Positions 24,820 to 37,300 of a DNA stretch of 64,000 nucleotides are shown one piece after another. Below the pieces are notes generated by a model, which was not told the origin of the DNA, searched no databases, and was given only the letters and a program-made list of their open reading frames with translations. The position numbers were made by a program, and so were the translations under genes. This DNA is from Octopus vulgaris (lineage: Eukaryota). Position 1 is the first letter of the stretch; each line of letters begins with the position of its first letter. The stretch is from contig OX597820.1 of the NCBI GenBank assembly GCA_951406725.2, forward strand, positions 39,246,001 through 39,310,000, in the 5' to 3' direction.

Positions 24820-25182
24820 TATATACATATACACGCATATACTAAATGTTCTACTATATTAAATTGTAAATCGAAAGATGTGTCCTTCAATGTCACTATA
24901 TATGTATATATACATGCTTATACATGAAATATTAGAAAAAAACACCTTTTATCGATTCAAAATGAACAATCAAATTACACCATCTTGAAAATTGCATATT
25001 ATAGGAAGGTTAAAATTAAAATGACAATTGGAAAGTAAAGATTAAGTAAATTACAAAAATAATATAATGTATATAACAGGTAATATATAAATACACACAT
25101 ATATATACACACATATTAAATGTTCTACTATATTATATTGTAAATCGAAAGATTTGTCCTTCAATGTATGATGAGTAAAATT

Positions 25183-25620
25183 TCAGCCATTTAATTTGGG
25201 TGAGAACTTAGCTATGAAATATTTTTCCATATTCCTCCTGAAAGAGGTGTCGTTCTTCGGACATTTGTAGAAGGGAAAGATCTTAAATTTTCCTTCTCCA
25301 CACGTAGCTAGGTGTGTACTTAGTGGTATTTTGCGTAGTTCTTCCTGCCGAATATGTTGTCGGTGAATCCTGGCTCGCTGGCACAAAGAATTACCAGTTT
25401 CACCTACGTAATTATCCTTGCACGTGGGGCAGGTTATGCAGTATATAACGTTCTGCGTCTTGCAGTTCATATCTGCATTTACTTTGAATACGTAACCACT
25501 TTTAAATCTCATCTCTCTGTTTCCCTCTATGTATTTGTAGGTGGAGTTGCTGCAGATCACTGTATCCACCAGATTATCGGATGTTGTTATACACCTCTGA
25601 TCATAATTGGCCTTTGTCAC
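25183..25620 (-). CDS. Penelope-like element GIY-YIG endonuclease domain (5'-truncated element, frame still open)
   Basis: MNCKTQNVIYCITCPTCKDNYVGETGNSLCQRARIHRQHI...LSTHL...RRNMEKYFIAKFSPKLN, with the VIY-YVG, R, E and N motifs plus CxxC. No RT upstream. Confidence 0.88.
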   Translation of the reverse strand: MTKANYDQRCITTSDNLVDTVICSNSTYKYIEGNREMRFKSGYVFKVNADMNCKTQNVIYCITCPTCKDNYVGETGNSLCQRARIHRQHIRQEELRKIPLSTHLATCGEGKFKIFPFYKCPKNDTSFRRNMEKYFIAKFSPKLNG

Positions 25621-25689
25621 TTCGTTGTAGCTTAAGAATGATGCTATCCTGCTGGATACTCGTGAAGGCCAATGTAGACATTAACCTTG

Positions 25690-25816
25690 GACAGGGTTAC
25701 ACATTTAGCACTGAATAGACTGGAGGGATGTGAACTGAAGTGTCCTGCTTAAGAACAAAACGCGCAGCCAGTCTAGGAAATGAAATCATACATCTTAACC
25801 ATTATGCCATACACCT
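25690..25816 (-). mobile_element. tRNA-derived SINE fragment (family 2)
   Basis: Minus-strand TGGCATAATGGTTAAG...GTTCTTAAGCAGGACACTT. Related copies lie at ~28195-28330, 30360-30421 (-), 46545-46740, 53818-53930 and 63632-63950. Confidence 0.65.
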
Positions 25817-27204
25817 TCATAAATGTGTGTACGCGTGTAAATGACTTTTACCACACTTCGCAAATATCTCCTTCGAGTAAAAGCACCAATAGAAGAGAAT
25901 ATGACCAAAAACTGCGTGTACACCATCCCATGCAGCTGTTGTAGGTTATACAAAGGCGAAATATGAAAGTAATATACCGCTCTTCGCGAAAATATTACTA
26001 CCCGACAAGCACTCTGGACGCATTTATTCCAGACCAACTAATGGAATATTCTTTCGGACAGTTAAATATATACCGTTACCTATTTTATTATTTTATATAA
26101 TCAATGCCTATCATAACAGCTAAATTTTTATTCAACATTTCTATTCAGATACTCACCTCGTCTTTCTGTATGTACTGACTCTTTATACATTTATAATTTT
26201 CTATATACTTAAATATTTGTAATTATGTTAGTAATATATTCATGTATATGTGCCTCTTTACTTGACCGTACAAAATTAAATATATTAACGTTTATGTTTG
26301 CAGTATTAGCTTTACGCTTCATAACTTACTATTCTTTCTTTCTTACTTCCTTCCTTTCTTCCTTTTTCTGTTCATTTTTCTTCCCTGGGTATTCTATAAT
26401 AATATGCTCTAATGTATGATTTTATAAGAGTTGCTATTTTAATGTATTTGCTCTCTGATATAAATATAGCTATGATAATATATATGTTAATATATATCAT
26501 TACAGCATTACCGAAGAAGTGATTTTAACATGTATGTTTCACTAGATTACGTACCAAATATACATGCCAATAACGGTGCTATTCGAGGTAACTTATTTTT
26601 CCCTCACCAGTGTTTCCCTTTTACAGCCAACACAATTTTAACAATTACTTCTCATAAGAGCCACATTCCGTTCACAAGTACAAATTGACAAACATATTAA
26701 AACTATATTAAACTCTCAATCGTACAGACATGTTTATTTCCTTTCCAATTCCGGGCAATTTTCTTCCATTGTAAGCCCTGACATGTACATATACACAGAG
26801 ACCAAAATATGGTTTTAAGATTCTTAATTCAGATTTCTCTGTTTAGATTTACACTATTTTTATTCACGGCCTGTATGTCACCTCTATTTAAAACTCTTCA
26901 TATTGGGGTCCTGCGTAGCTGCAGTCCCAAAACATGGAGTTGAGTTAGTAAATAAAGAAAAGTCATCCCTCGGATACGAGAAATATGGAATACTTTTAGG
27001 TATTTGCTTATTATTTACCGTATCTTTTCTAAGACAGTGAAACAAAACATTCTATCCTGCACAACAATCCAACTAGGATGTTGTTTAACATGTATTAAAT
27101 AACATTAAGCTTTGCAAAATATTAAAGTAAGCATGGCTGTTTGTCTATGAGCAAATTAAGAAAACAATTAAAATTCCTAAATTAATATAATCGCCAAATG
27201 AAAT

Positions 27205-27580
27205 TTGTTGGCGAAAAGGTTAATTAAAACCAAGATCAATGAAAAAGGAGAAAAAGAAAAAGACGCAATAAATATCATGGAAATTCCTTCATCGACAAGT
27301 ATCGTCTGTATTGAATTGAAGCCCAGTATTACAGTGAAGTTAGACTGCGATGGTAGGAAACTCATCACAATGTATAAAGCAAATCAGCCAGAGGCAGATG
27401 TCCACAAGCTATATATATAAAATGAAATTGGTTGGCAGAGGTCAAGTACAAACAGAAGCCAATTATAAAACTGTCACTATTAGAATGAATGCACACCTCA
27501 AGCAAAGTAAAAACGAACTGATGCCAATGAGATGAATGAAAGACACTGAAAAGCATTTAACTCCAGTGTCAAATACACCG
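27205..27580 (+). mobile_element. Second, older R4/Dong-like RT fragment adjacent to (TAA)n
   Basis: DAINIMEIP...RKLITMYKANQPEADVHKLYI resembles AINALAIP...HHPNADIERLYL of the element at 14861-16626. Followed by (TAA)n at ~27583-27760. Confidence 0.65.
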
Positions 27581-27594
27581 ACATAATAATAATC

Positions 27595-27655
<61 letters not shown>

Positions 27656-28475
27656 TGATGATGATAATTATGGTTATTATCATCATCATTATCATCATAA
27701 TCATCATCATCATTATCATCATCATCATCATTATTATTATTATTATTATTATTATTTATTAGTCACAAGGGCTCGATGATTTAGTGACAAATACAAAGAA
27801 ACGACGAACAGCATCATTTAAAAGACACGTGAGGTGGTACGAACCAGTTATAATATGACGAGAGAAGGGTGATGTTATACAATATGTAAATGGGCGAATT
27901 AATAATTTATAAAAGCACAAATATTTGCACAGGATAATTATAACAAGCTATCTACATACAAATTAAACGTTCATTTGTCCTTTTGCACTTATCAGGGCAG
28001 CTCCCGTTCTTAACAAAGCATCTACTCTAATTCCTTCAATTATTGTTCATAGATGCAGATCTCAAAATCGTCCCTTGAGGAGGTTTTTTTGTTGTAGTGA
28101 ACAAATGTAGTGAACAAATGTGAACAAATGTAGTGAACTAATATTAATTGAAACAGCATGTTAGGACCTATTTCCTATAAGCAAAGCCTCAAGCAAGGTT
28201 CAGAGTTTAATGTGTTGGCACTCACAATCACGAGGTAGTGCTTTCGGACCCCGGACCGGGCTGTGTGTTGTTTTCTTGAACAAGACACTTTATTATTTCA
28301 CGTTGCTACAATTCACAGAGATGTAGAAATGATTTGCGACGTCATTGGTGTCAAGCTGTAACTGGGCTAAAAAGTCACATTCGATCACAGCGCCAGTAAC
28401 AGTTAAGCTTCGTGCAATGGCCATACTCGATACCGAGGGAGCAGCCATAATGTATGTATATATACATATATATAC

Positions 28476-28555
<80 letters not shown>

Positions 28556-28557
28556 CG

Positions 28558-28735
28558 GGAAGCTTTATGAAAATAAACAAAAGACGAAGGCAGGTGGAAT
28601 ACAAACAAACAATTGTATTAGTATGCCACTCAGGAATATAAATAAAACAAGTCTTTTACGTTTTGAGCCTACGCTCTTCAACAGAAAGATACACAGAAAA
28701 GAAACACAGAAAGAAACAAGGAGAGACAAAAAATG
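28558..28735 (-). mobile_element. Penelope-like terminal fragment (family A)
   Basis: Reverse-complement homologue of 1435-1590. Abuts (TA)n. Confidence 0.6.
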
Positions 28736-28868
28736 CGTGCAGAGGCTAGCGAATCAACATGGCGATCTGATTTCGGCCAGAAGTCAAAGATCAAACGTGA
28801 GACGCAAGAACGAAATTAGGGGAGATAATAGGGTTAAATGACCTCGCCCCAACATAATACATATATAT

Positions 28869-29101
28869 ATAAGGAAATAATTTTATTCTCAAACGCAGCA
28901 TAATGCTAATAATATAGCATGAACAGGATAAACTACCTGTATTTTGCAGACAAAGCACTGGCCGCGTAACCACAGGGGTGTGAGTTCGAATCTCATGGCT
29001 GGCCGCCGACACATTTTTTTCTGAAAAATATGGGTAGTTTATCCTGTTCATGGTATATTATTAGCTTTATCCTGCGTTTAAGAATAAAATTATTTCCTTA
29101 T
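28869..29101. mobile_element. MITE-like element with ~86-bp TIRs and a tRNA-like core
   Basis: 28869-28954 and 29016-29101 are imperfect reverse complements. The core AGCACTGGCCGCGTAACCACAGGGGTGTGAGTTCGAATCTCA contains a T-arm/B-box. Confidence 0.75.
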
Positions 29102-29436
29102 CTTTTAATACATCTCAACATTTCTAAAGCAAAGTTTGTTTCTTTACTTTCATCGTAATTTGAATTATATATATATATCCACACACACACACACAAACTC
29201 ATAATATCTTCAGTCATTCAACTGTAAGCTTGTTGGGGCTGCTCTTTGAATATTTTAACTGATCAAATCGCCACAAATAGATAATATTAAGTTTATACTT
29301 ATTATAACGGTTTCTTCCGAGCGAAATGTTAATTAATTAATGACGTAAACAAAACAACACCAGTTATATGGCGAGGATCCACATCAAATACAAACACTAA
29401 TACGCACGGGGACACACACAAATACACAACACACAG

Positions 29437-29477
<41 letters not shown>

Positions 29478-29480
<3 letters not shown>

Positions 29481-29625
29481 AAAGTTTACGAAAAAACAAA
29501 AGACGAAGACAGATGTATTAGTATAACGCTCCAGAATAGAAAAAGTCTTTTACGTTTCGAGCCTATGCTCTTCTACAGAAAGGTACACAGAAAAAACAAG
29601 GAGAGAAACAAGGAGAGAAAAAATG
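29478..29625 (-). mobile_element. Penelope-like terminal fragment (family A)
   Basis: Homologue of 28558-28735 and 1435-1590. Abuts (TA)n. Confidence 0.6.
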
Positions 29626-30322
29626 TGTGTAGTGGCTAACGATCTATCATGGCGACTAGTGCCGGACAGAGGGATCAGACAGGAGAAGGAAAGTAGGGGA
29701 GATAACAAAGGTGTGTGTGTGTGTATAAGAGAGTATTACGTGCCTGTGAAAGAGGGCTGGTGGTCTGGACGTGTGTGTGTTTGTATGTGTAGTTGTGAAG
29801 ACGTGAAATGGGTGTATGGGTGGTATGTGATTTTTTAAAATTATTAGTGACAGAAACAATATTAGTACAAAATGATATTCTCCATATATAAACTGAACAC
29901 TGCGTGATCCTCTCATATAGGAACTCGACGCATCAAAGGCCATACATAGATCGTTGCAGACAAGAATTGTCTGTCATTGGCGTGAAAGCGCCTATATCAG
30001 TGTCCGGTCACACCATGCCAGTCGAATCTTGATGTCACATGTACAATACCAGCATCTTTTCAGACACGGATGTTGCAAATAGCCACCAGGCAAGCCTTGT
30101 GAGTGGATTTGGTAGACGGAAACTAAAAGAAGCCCGGAGTATATATGTATATGTATATGTGTGTGTGTTAGTGTGTCTGTGTTTGTCCCCCCATCATCGC
30201 TTGACAACCGATGGGGGTGTGTTTACATCCTCGTAACATCAGCGGTTCGGCACAAGAGACCGATAGAATAAGTACTAGGCTTACAAAGAATAAGACTTGG
30301 GGTCTATTTGCTCGACTAAAGG

Positions 30323-30362
<40 letters not shown>

Positions 30363-30427
30363 TCTTGCTCAAGAACACAACACGCAGCCCGGTCCGGGAA
30401 TCGAACTCACAACCTCACGATCAACTT

Positions 30428-30477
30428 AATCCGTTTGTCTTTCCTTGTTTGTCCCCTCTGTGTGTAGCCCCTTGTAT
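30428..30477 (+). mobile_element. Isolated Tx1-type 3' tail fragment
   Basis: ttgtcccctctgtgtgtagccccttgt matches the reverse complement of the tail at 4630-4658 and 9650-9676. Confidence 0.6.
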
Positions 30478-31054
30478 ATATATGTATATGACTCTCGTTG
30501 CACACACGTGACTAACGACTATCCATATTTCTTTCTTCCACTTCTTTCCTAAAACCAAGACGTGCTTTTGCCTGTTGCTTCTCAAAGCTCGTTTTTCCAG
30601 CGTTCCCCACTTCACATCGCCTTGGCTTAACAGCACTCACCGTTTGTTTTTACTGTTTTCTTCTTACTTTCCTGCTTTTGTTACCACTTTAACCCTCCGC
30701 AAAAAATACTAAATTTTATTTACTTTGCTTTGCGGGAAAGACTGTTTTAATGAAGTCGCGTCTTGTCCCTACCTTCGATACGCGGAGTAGATAAAACAGG
30801 GGACAACTGATGAAGGGAATATTCTTTATGTTGCCTGTCTCGTGTCTCTATTTGTTTTTTTTTTTCATTGCTCGAAAAAATCGTTTCTATGTTTTTGTTT
30901 TTATGTTCTCGTTTCTCATTTTGTTGTCGTTTTTTGATGTCCTGTACCCATATATGCATGTATATATACATATATATGTCGGTATGTACATACATGTATG
31001 TATGCATATATTCTTATATTATTCATATACAAATATATATGTGTGTGGTGTGTG

Positions 31055-31114
<60 letters not shown>

Positions 31115-31561
31115 TGTGTGCGTGCGTGTGTGTATACTAGCAGAAACACTCATCATTGACCTGGTTAAAAGAAGCTGCCAAAATCGTGCTATGAATATTC
31201 AAAGTTATTCACTTAGATTGTATTGAACATATATAAGAAATAGTTGTTAACTTTCATGTAGACGATAAAACTGCTTTCTTCTAGCGAATATTTTCATTGG
31301 TGCACATAAACGTCTGATTTATGAACTATAGTATTTCAGTCTAAAATTGAAAGAAACATCGCACACACTTTGGCTTATGTCTAGTGCAAGATATGTAAAT
31401 AAAAGTTCGGGGAAAACTAAAAAGATATGTACTATAGCTTATTGAACTTAAATACTACAAGACACAAAAATACAAATAGCTTTTCTTAGACGAATATACT
31501 GTGACGTTGACAATATCAGTTCAAAGTTTTTAATCATTCTGCAAACATTTGCTCGTTGGTC

Positions 31562-32870
31562 CTATAGTAAAACTTCCTTATAGACAATGTTTTGGGTTTT
31601 ACTAGTAGGGACGAAAATAAAAAATATAGTTCTTGCTCCCCACTTTAGATGTCCCAACATATAACTGACTGTGTGAGAAACAGTCGTCTTCTAAATGCAA
31701 ACCAACAACTTTCAGGACTTATTAATGAACATCTCAAAAGACAGACGTATTGGAAATTGAAGTCATTTGAACTCGAAGGGCATATTGAAAAGTATTAAAT
31801 GTAAGCGTGTAATAAATACATCTTCACCTTTTTCACAGCCAGAAATTATTGTGACCTTTATGATATTTCTCATTAATTTCTTGACAACAACTCTTGTGCC
31901 ATTGCACAGCTTAGTTGTGAAAGGTTACACGGAAGCATGATTGGAACGCCTATTTTCAATAGGAGGCAATAAAGAAGAGCTCCTGGTGACTGCAGTGAGT
32001 TTAATAACTCAGCCGGGTAATTGACTATTTCCGATTCACCCTCAACAGAGCCTACATATTTGTATGTTCGTTTCCTGGTAAAAGTTTCTCGAGTCTTCCA
32101 TTTAAATTATTCACAGTAACGTGTTTTGGTGCCATAATTGCTCTTCCGCACATACAAGCACCATTTGTGCAATTTGAAATCTTTTTCAATAAGCTTCTCA
32201 ATCAAGCAGACCAAGGTGCAGATTTTTGATGGATTCAAATCACCTTCATGATTGATATCTAGCCTTCCTTCTCCAAGTTGTAAAATAGCATGGGCAATTT
32301 TTTCCGACAGAAGATCCCCATGGAAATGTGCCCTCATATTTGTAGAAAGCTTTAATACTTTGATGTTTCCATAAAATAAAAAAATTTCAAGCATACTTTC
32401 AATTCAGCCACCCTGGGAATCACTAGCAAAGTTTCTCTGAAACCACCTGAAGGTACTGCTGACACACCTCGCATCAAACAGTTGGAATTGCGCAAATACT
32501 GCAATATTCTGTTAACAGTTTCTACTGATTTTTTATGAAGCATTGTAGCTTCGTCCAATATGAGCAAAGAACATTTCATGAGAACTTGAGCTAAAGAAGA
32601 ACTTTTACTAATATTGCAGACAGGCTTATCATTTGAAGTTAGTTTGAATGGTAGTTTGATTGCTGCGTGAGCTATTCGACTTCTTGAGAGTAAAATCGTA
32701 GCAGTTCCAGTGCTCGCTACCGCAAAGTTTATTTCCTATTTCTGCCGGACATTGGCTTTTCTAGTTCCTCCATGGTGTGTCTAAAATATATAATCCTCCC
32801 CTCTTATGTGTCACTTGGTCAATGATTGTTGTATATACAAGTTGTTGGTCTGGCAAAAGTTTCGGGACAT
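31562..32870 (-). pseudogene. Helitron PIF1-family helicase remnant
   Basis: AVASTGTATILL...AHAAIKLP, CSLLILDEATM, GGFRETLLVIPR (GDFRQTLPVIPR-like), [35 protein letters not shown] and NIVYKEVL*. Many stops and frameshifts. Confidence 0.9.
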
Positions 32871-32934
32871 TTTCTTAAGGAATCTTGTTAATGAATCAAT
32901 ATCTAACAAAACTTCTGACTATAGAGGCTTTTAG

Positions 32935-33945
32935 GGTTTCTTTGATGTAATGAGGGCGCTCATTAACCTCTTTCTCAACTACGCTCCATACATAGTAGTA
33001 CAATGGATTGAGATATGGGGAGCTAGGCGGTGAAATGTTGAGGGTTATGTGGTGATGAAACTTTCCGGTGCATACATTATCGAACCATTGTATTCAGAAC
33101 ATCTATGTAGGCAGCAGAGTTTACTCGAAGACCTTGTAGAAAAAAGTGAGGAGGCATCATATGTCCTTTATTGCTGATAACCCCCAAAACCATGACAGTT
33201 TCAGGGAATTTTGTATTCATTACTCTTGGATCTTCCGAAGGCATCTGTCATTTCTTAGTTACGTCTTGTCATCATTAGTTACGTCTGTCATCATTAGTTA
33301 CGTCTTGTTGCGATCTGACTTCAAGTTCGTAGGCATCTGTCATTTCTTCTATTTATTTTTTGATCTTGATCAAAGTTTTTCTCATCTGAGAAGAACCAAA
33401 TTACATCTTTCTCTACAGGGTTTTTAAGTTTGTTCGGGAGTCTATTTGATGTGATTAAGCGATTTTCCTTCACTGTTTCTGACATGAAATGACCTTTTCT
33501 CATCGCATAAGGTTTTATCTCAGGTTTTTTTTTGGGGGGGGGGGCAACATTTCGGATTGTTCCTTCTGACACATGATATGCAATCATGGATCTTCTGGGA
33601 TAGTCATCAATGATCTGCTTTACTTGTTGAATAAATTCTGGTATTCTAATAGTATCAGTGCATCTACAATATTTCTTACGGTTTGATACTGGCGATTCAT
33701 TTCCGTCTTTAGCCTATAACTACTTGCGAATTTTGTAGACGAAGGATCTAGCGACTTATAAAAATCGTGGTATTTCTAAATTGCTACGTTCAGCCTTTAT
33801 AGTAACGATGACTGCGTGTCTGTTTTTTTTCCTGTGTAATCATAGGGTCTTCCATTGATAATTCTGAAATATAGAAAACATTAAGTTGATAAATATGCTG
33901 CTATAGTAAAATTAACATATGTTCTCAAATACCTTACGCACTCTG
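32935..33945 (-). mobile_element. Tc1/mariner (maT/DD37D-like) transposon remnant
   Basis: YAMRKGHFMSE...IWFFSDEKNFDQDQKINRRNDR (33321-33587) and PPSSPYLNPLYYYVWSVVEKE (~32968-33033). Possible 5' terminus CAGAGTGCG... near 33945. Confidence 0.85.
33257..33330 (-). mobile_element. 74-bp insertion with an 18-bp target-site duplication
   Basis: AGGCATCTGTCATTTCTT occurs at 33239-33256 and 33331-33348. The insert has ~19-bp tandem repeats, and a 31-bp identical stretch occurs at 34777-34807. Confidence 0.75.
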
Positions 33946-33968
33946 TGTATATGTGTGTGTGTGTGTGT

Positions 33969-34012
<44 letters not shown>

Positions 34013-34146
34013 ATGTTTGTGTGTGTATACTAGCAACAGCGAACAAATGAACGAGCCTAGATTTGAATAAATGAACGTCAACTTTGCTGTCCATCCATTT
34101 TGGATATTAAGTAAAGTACCAGTTTAAGGCGGTGGATTTATGAAAG

Positions 34147-34201
<55 letters not shown>

Positions 34202-34260
34202 TAGATAGATAGATATACATATACATATATACATATATATACATTTATATAAACGTACAT

Positions 34261-34318
<58 letters not shown>

Positions 34319-37300
34319 TCATATACATATGTATATATATATGTATGTATGTATATATATATATACATATGCATATATATACATATATATACGTAGATAT
34401 ATATGTGTGTGTGTGTGTGTGTGTGCATGTATATATACACACGTACTTGCACATATACGTATGTGTGGATTTGAACAAAACACTGCCATTTGCTGTTAGC
34501 TACATTTCGGTTTAAAGTAACATAAATAACAAAGGATTTCGGAAGTCTTCATATTTGTTTAATATTCAATTCCTCATGGGAGTAAGAATTATAACCGAAG
34601 ACTATAGAATATTTTTCTAAACATTTCTTCGAGTAAATACAATAATCTTATTGCTTACAGTATCTTGTAGTATATTTGCAATTCTCTCAAGTGTCAATAT
34701 TTTTAAAATTTTATTTTTACTATTGTTGACGCAATTACGTAAACAGGTAGAACATCGGGAAAATGTCTTGCGGCGTTTAGTTACGTCTTGTTGCGATCTG
34801 ACTTCAAATCCTGACTAGTTTCAACTTTGTATTCTATCTACCGGTTTTCGTTAAAATTAGTGTCTTCCAACTAGAAGAAACGATCTAAAACTATCTGCAC
34901 TCTATCTACTTCCATGATTGTAGTCTTATGTCTATGTTAGAAATGCTTATTCTAAGGAATCAGAGTATTAGATTGGCAGAATAGCTAAAGTAGTGGAATT
35001 TATGTAACTGACTAATCTCCCTTTAAAATTACTACTCTTGTGTGCGTAAATTTATAATTAACTCCAAAAACGCTCAGTGGGTGGAGTTGCCGAATCATTA
35101 GAGAGTTCGAAAAAATTACCTTACAGCATTTGTAGCAGCTTTGTGCCTTCTGAGCACAAACACAACAGAGATATAGAATATAGTACCAGTCAATTACAGG
35201 AATCAATTTAATTGACTAATTCTTACCTTCACCGTTTTGGTTTTGTGCCAGAGATTCTACAAATATTTTGAAAAATCGATAGATAAAACTCATTGCGTCA
35301 TTATTTACGTATATTTGTATTATGTATTCAGTTCGTACATGGGTCAAATTTGCCTTTCACTCTTTCGATGTTGATAATTAACTATCCCGCTTAAATGCAC
35401 AACGACGTGAGATCAATATTGTTTATGACTAAGCGATTATTTTTAAATGCTGAATGTCTTCGTTAAAAGAAATTGGAGCATATATTATCGTAATATTTTT
35501 AACCGCATACGATGTTTGTCAACCTAGCGTGGTGAAGTTAAGTGTAACATGCTGTATTAGACTCAACTTCGACCTTGTCTTTGGTCAAACACTTCTGCAC
35601 ACTAACCATAAATCTTAGCATTTGGCTTTATATCTCACAAATAGTAGACAAAAACCTGGGCAATAGACATGTATATTGCCCGGTTTAGCAGCCCCAAATA
35701 ATATCTGAACATCTTTAACAGACTCCATAATGTTGCAAGCATTTAGACCAGCTTTCTTCCAACAAGTATTTAGACTAAGTTTTCTGTAAGGCAATCAAAA
35801 GGTCTTTTGTCCTTTTCGTGTTTAAATGCACCGGTTATATACTTAAGATAAATCTTATGATTTCATGATTTGTTTTTGTCTTTTTTCGTTATTATGCCCA
35901 TAGAGAAAGAATACCATAACGAGCATTTTAGGTTCATTCAAGATAAGCAATAGCGTATCAGAAAGAATGTGAGCTGCGGTCAGCGTGGAAGAGGCTTCTA
36001 TAGAGAAGATGTTATTGGTGTAGAGATGGCAAGAGATTATATAAGTTTTCTGTAAGGCAATCACATAGCATTGAGTAACAAGTGAAGTGTGAACATTTAA
36101 ATACATTGGGCACAAAAGTGGTTCTCTGAGTTAAGTAGCGGATACAGAAGGAGGTACGAGAGCGGGAAAGAATGCATTTCTGGGTTGGAAGTGACATTTG
36201 AGGTTTGGACATTATTAGATGTATGTTATAGTTCAGCTTTTGCTCGGCTGTTTAAAGGTGCAGGAAAAACAAGACGGCAGATTTCAATCATATGTATAAA
36301 TGATTTGTTATAACGTTACAAGAGATAAAATAGCCATAAAGCAATCAGGGAACTGGATCAGGAATGGCAATACTCTTGTATCAGACAATCATTCAAATAC
36401 AAACAAAATATGACCTCGCAGATCAGAACTATTATAATATGTAATAAGTGCCCCAAATAACTTAACATGGAAAATTACTGTTTATTCAGCAAAATCCTTT
36501 CAAAGCAGTTCAATTATCGATGCTACCATCCCATGGAGAAATACTGACGTCACAATTTCCCATTTCTTTTCTTTTTGATAGATCTTAACCTTGATGCCCA
36601 CATAAGAAATAATTATTCTTGATGCTTTCTTGATAAGAATGACGATATAAATAATAACGTTGATTTCTTGCATTACATTAGAAGAACGATTCCATTTGTT
36701 TATTTCCATTAAACTTTCTCTGTTGAAAGATTGAGTTCACTGAAAGAATCCCATTATAAACAGAAAGATTGGAATTCAATTCAGTTTCTTGTCATTATAT
36801 ATAATTATAGTGAAAAACTAGAATGCCAATAACCATATTTTTTATTGATATATTCATGTTTGGACGTTGCTTAATGCATCATTTCCTTTCCTAATATATT
36901 TTTGTCGCTATCATTATTGTTGTTTATTTATATTTATTAGTATTGTTTCTGATTTTGTAACAATTTCCATGCTTTTTTTTTATTGGTATTATGTTTGTTT
37001 TGGGCTCATCATTATTTGTTTCAAACACATGTGTACGGTAGATATATATGGATGTATGTGTATGTGTCGTAATTTATTTTCGAATAGCTGTTCTTAATTC
37101 TAGAACTCCTGTAAACGCTGAAACTAATCAAAGAAGAAACAGATAAAATTTAACAAAAACAGTGATTCAGAATTATGAATAGAAATTGTTCCATTCTTCC
37201 ATCTGCTGGAGTCTCAGAATTCCATTTTATTCTAATCGTTTTATCTCTCTCCAAAGATTGATATCACAAGCCCATTCCGATTTTTGCTCCCTGATTATCA

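Noticed and set aside
25183-25620. Stand-alone or domesticated GIY-YIG nuclease gene
   Set aside because: It matches the C-terminal endonuclease of Penelope-like elements and lies among PLE fragments. 5' truncation explains the missing RT.
31562-32870. Host PIF1 helicase gene
   Set aside because: It is intronless, has many stops and frameshifts, and ends in the Helitron-type NIVYKEVL terminus.
35540-36230. Possible decayed coding sequence with a 22-bp duplicate (taagttttctgtaaggcaatca at ~35777 and ~36042)
   Set aside because: No recognisable motif in any frame, so it cannot be assigned.
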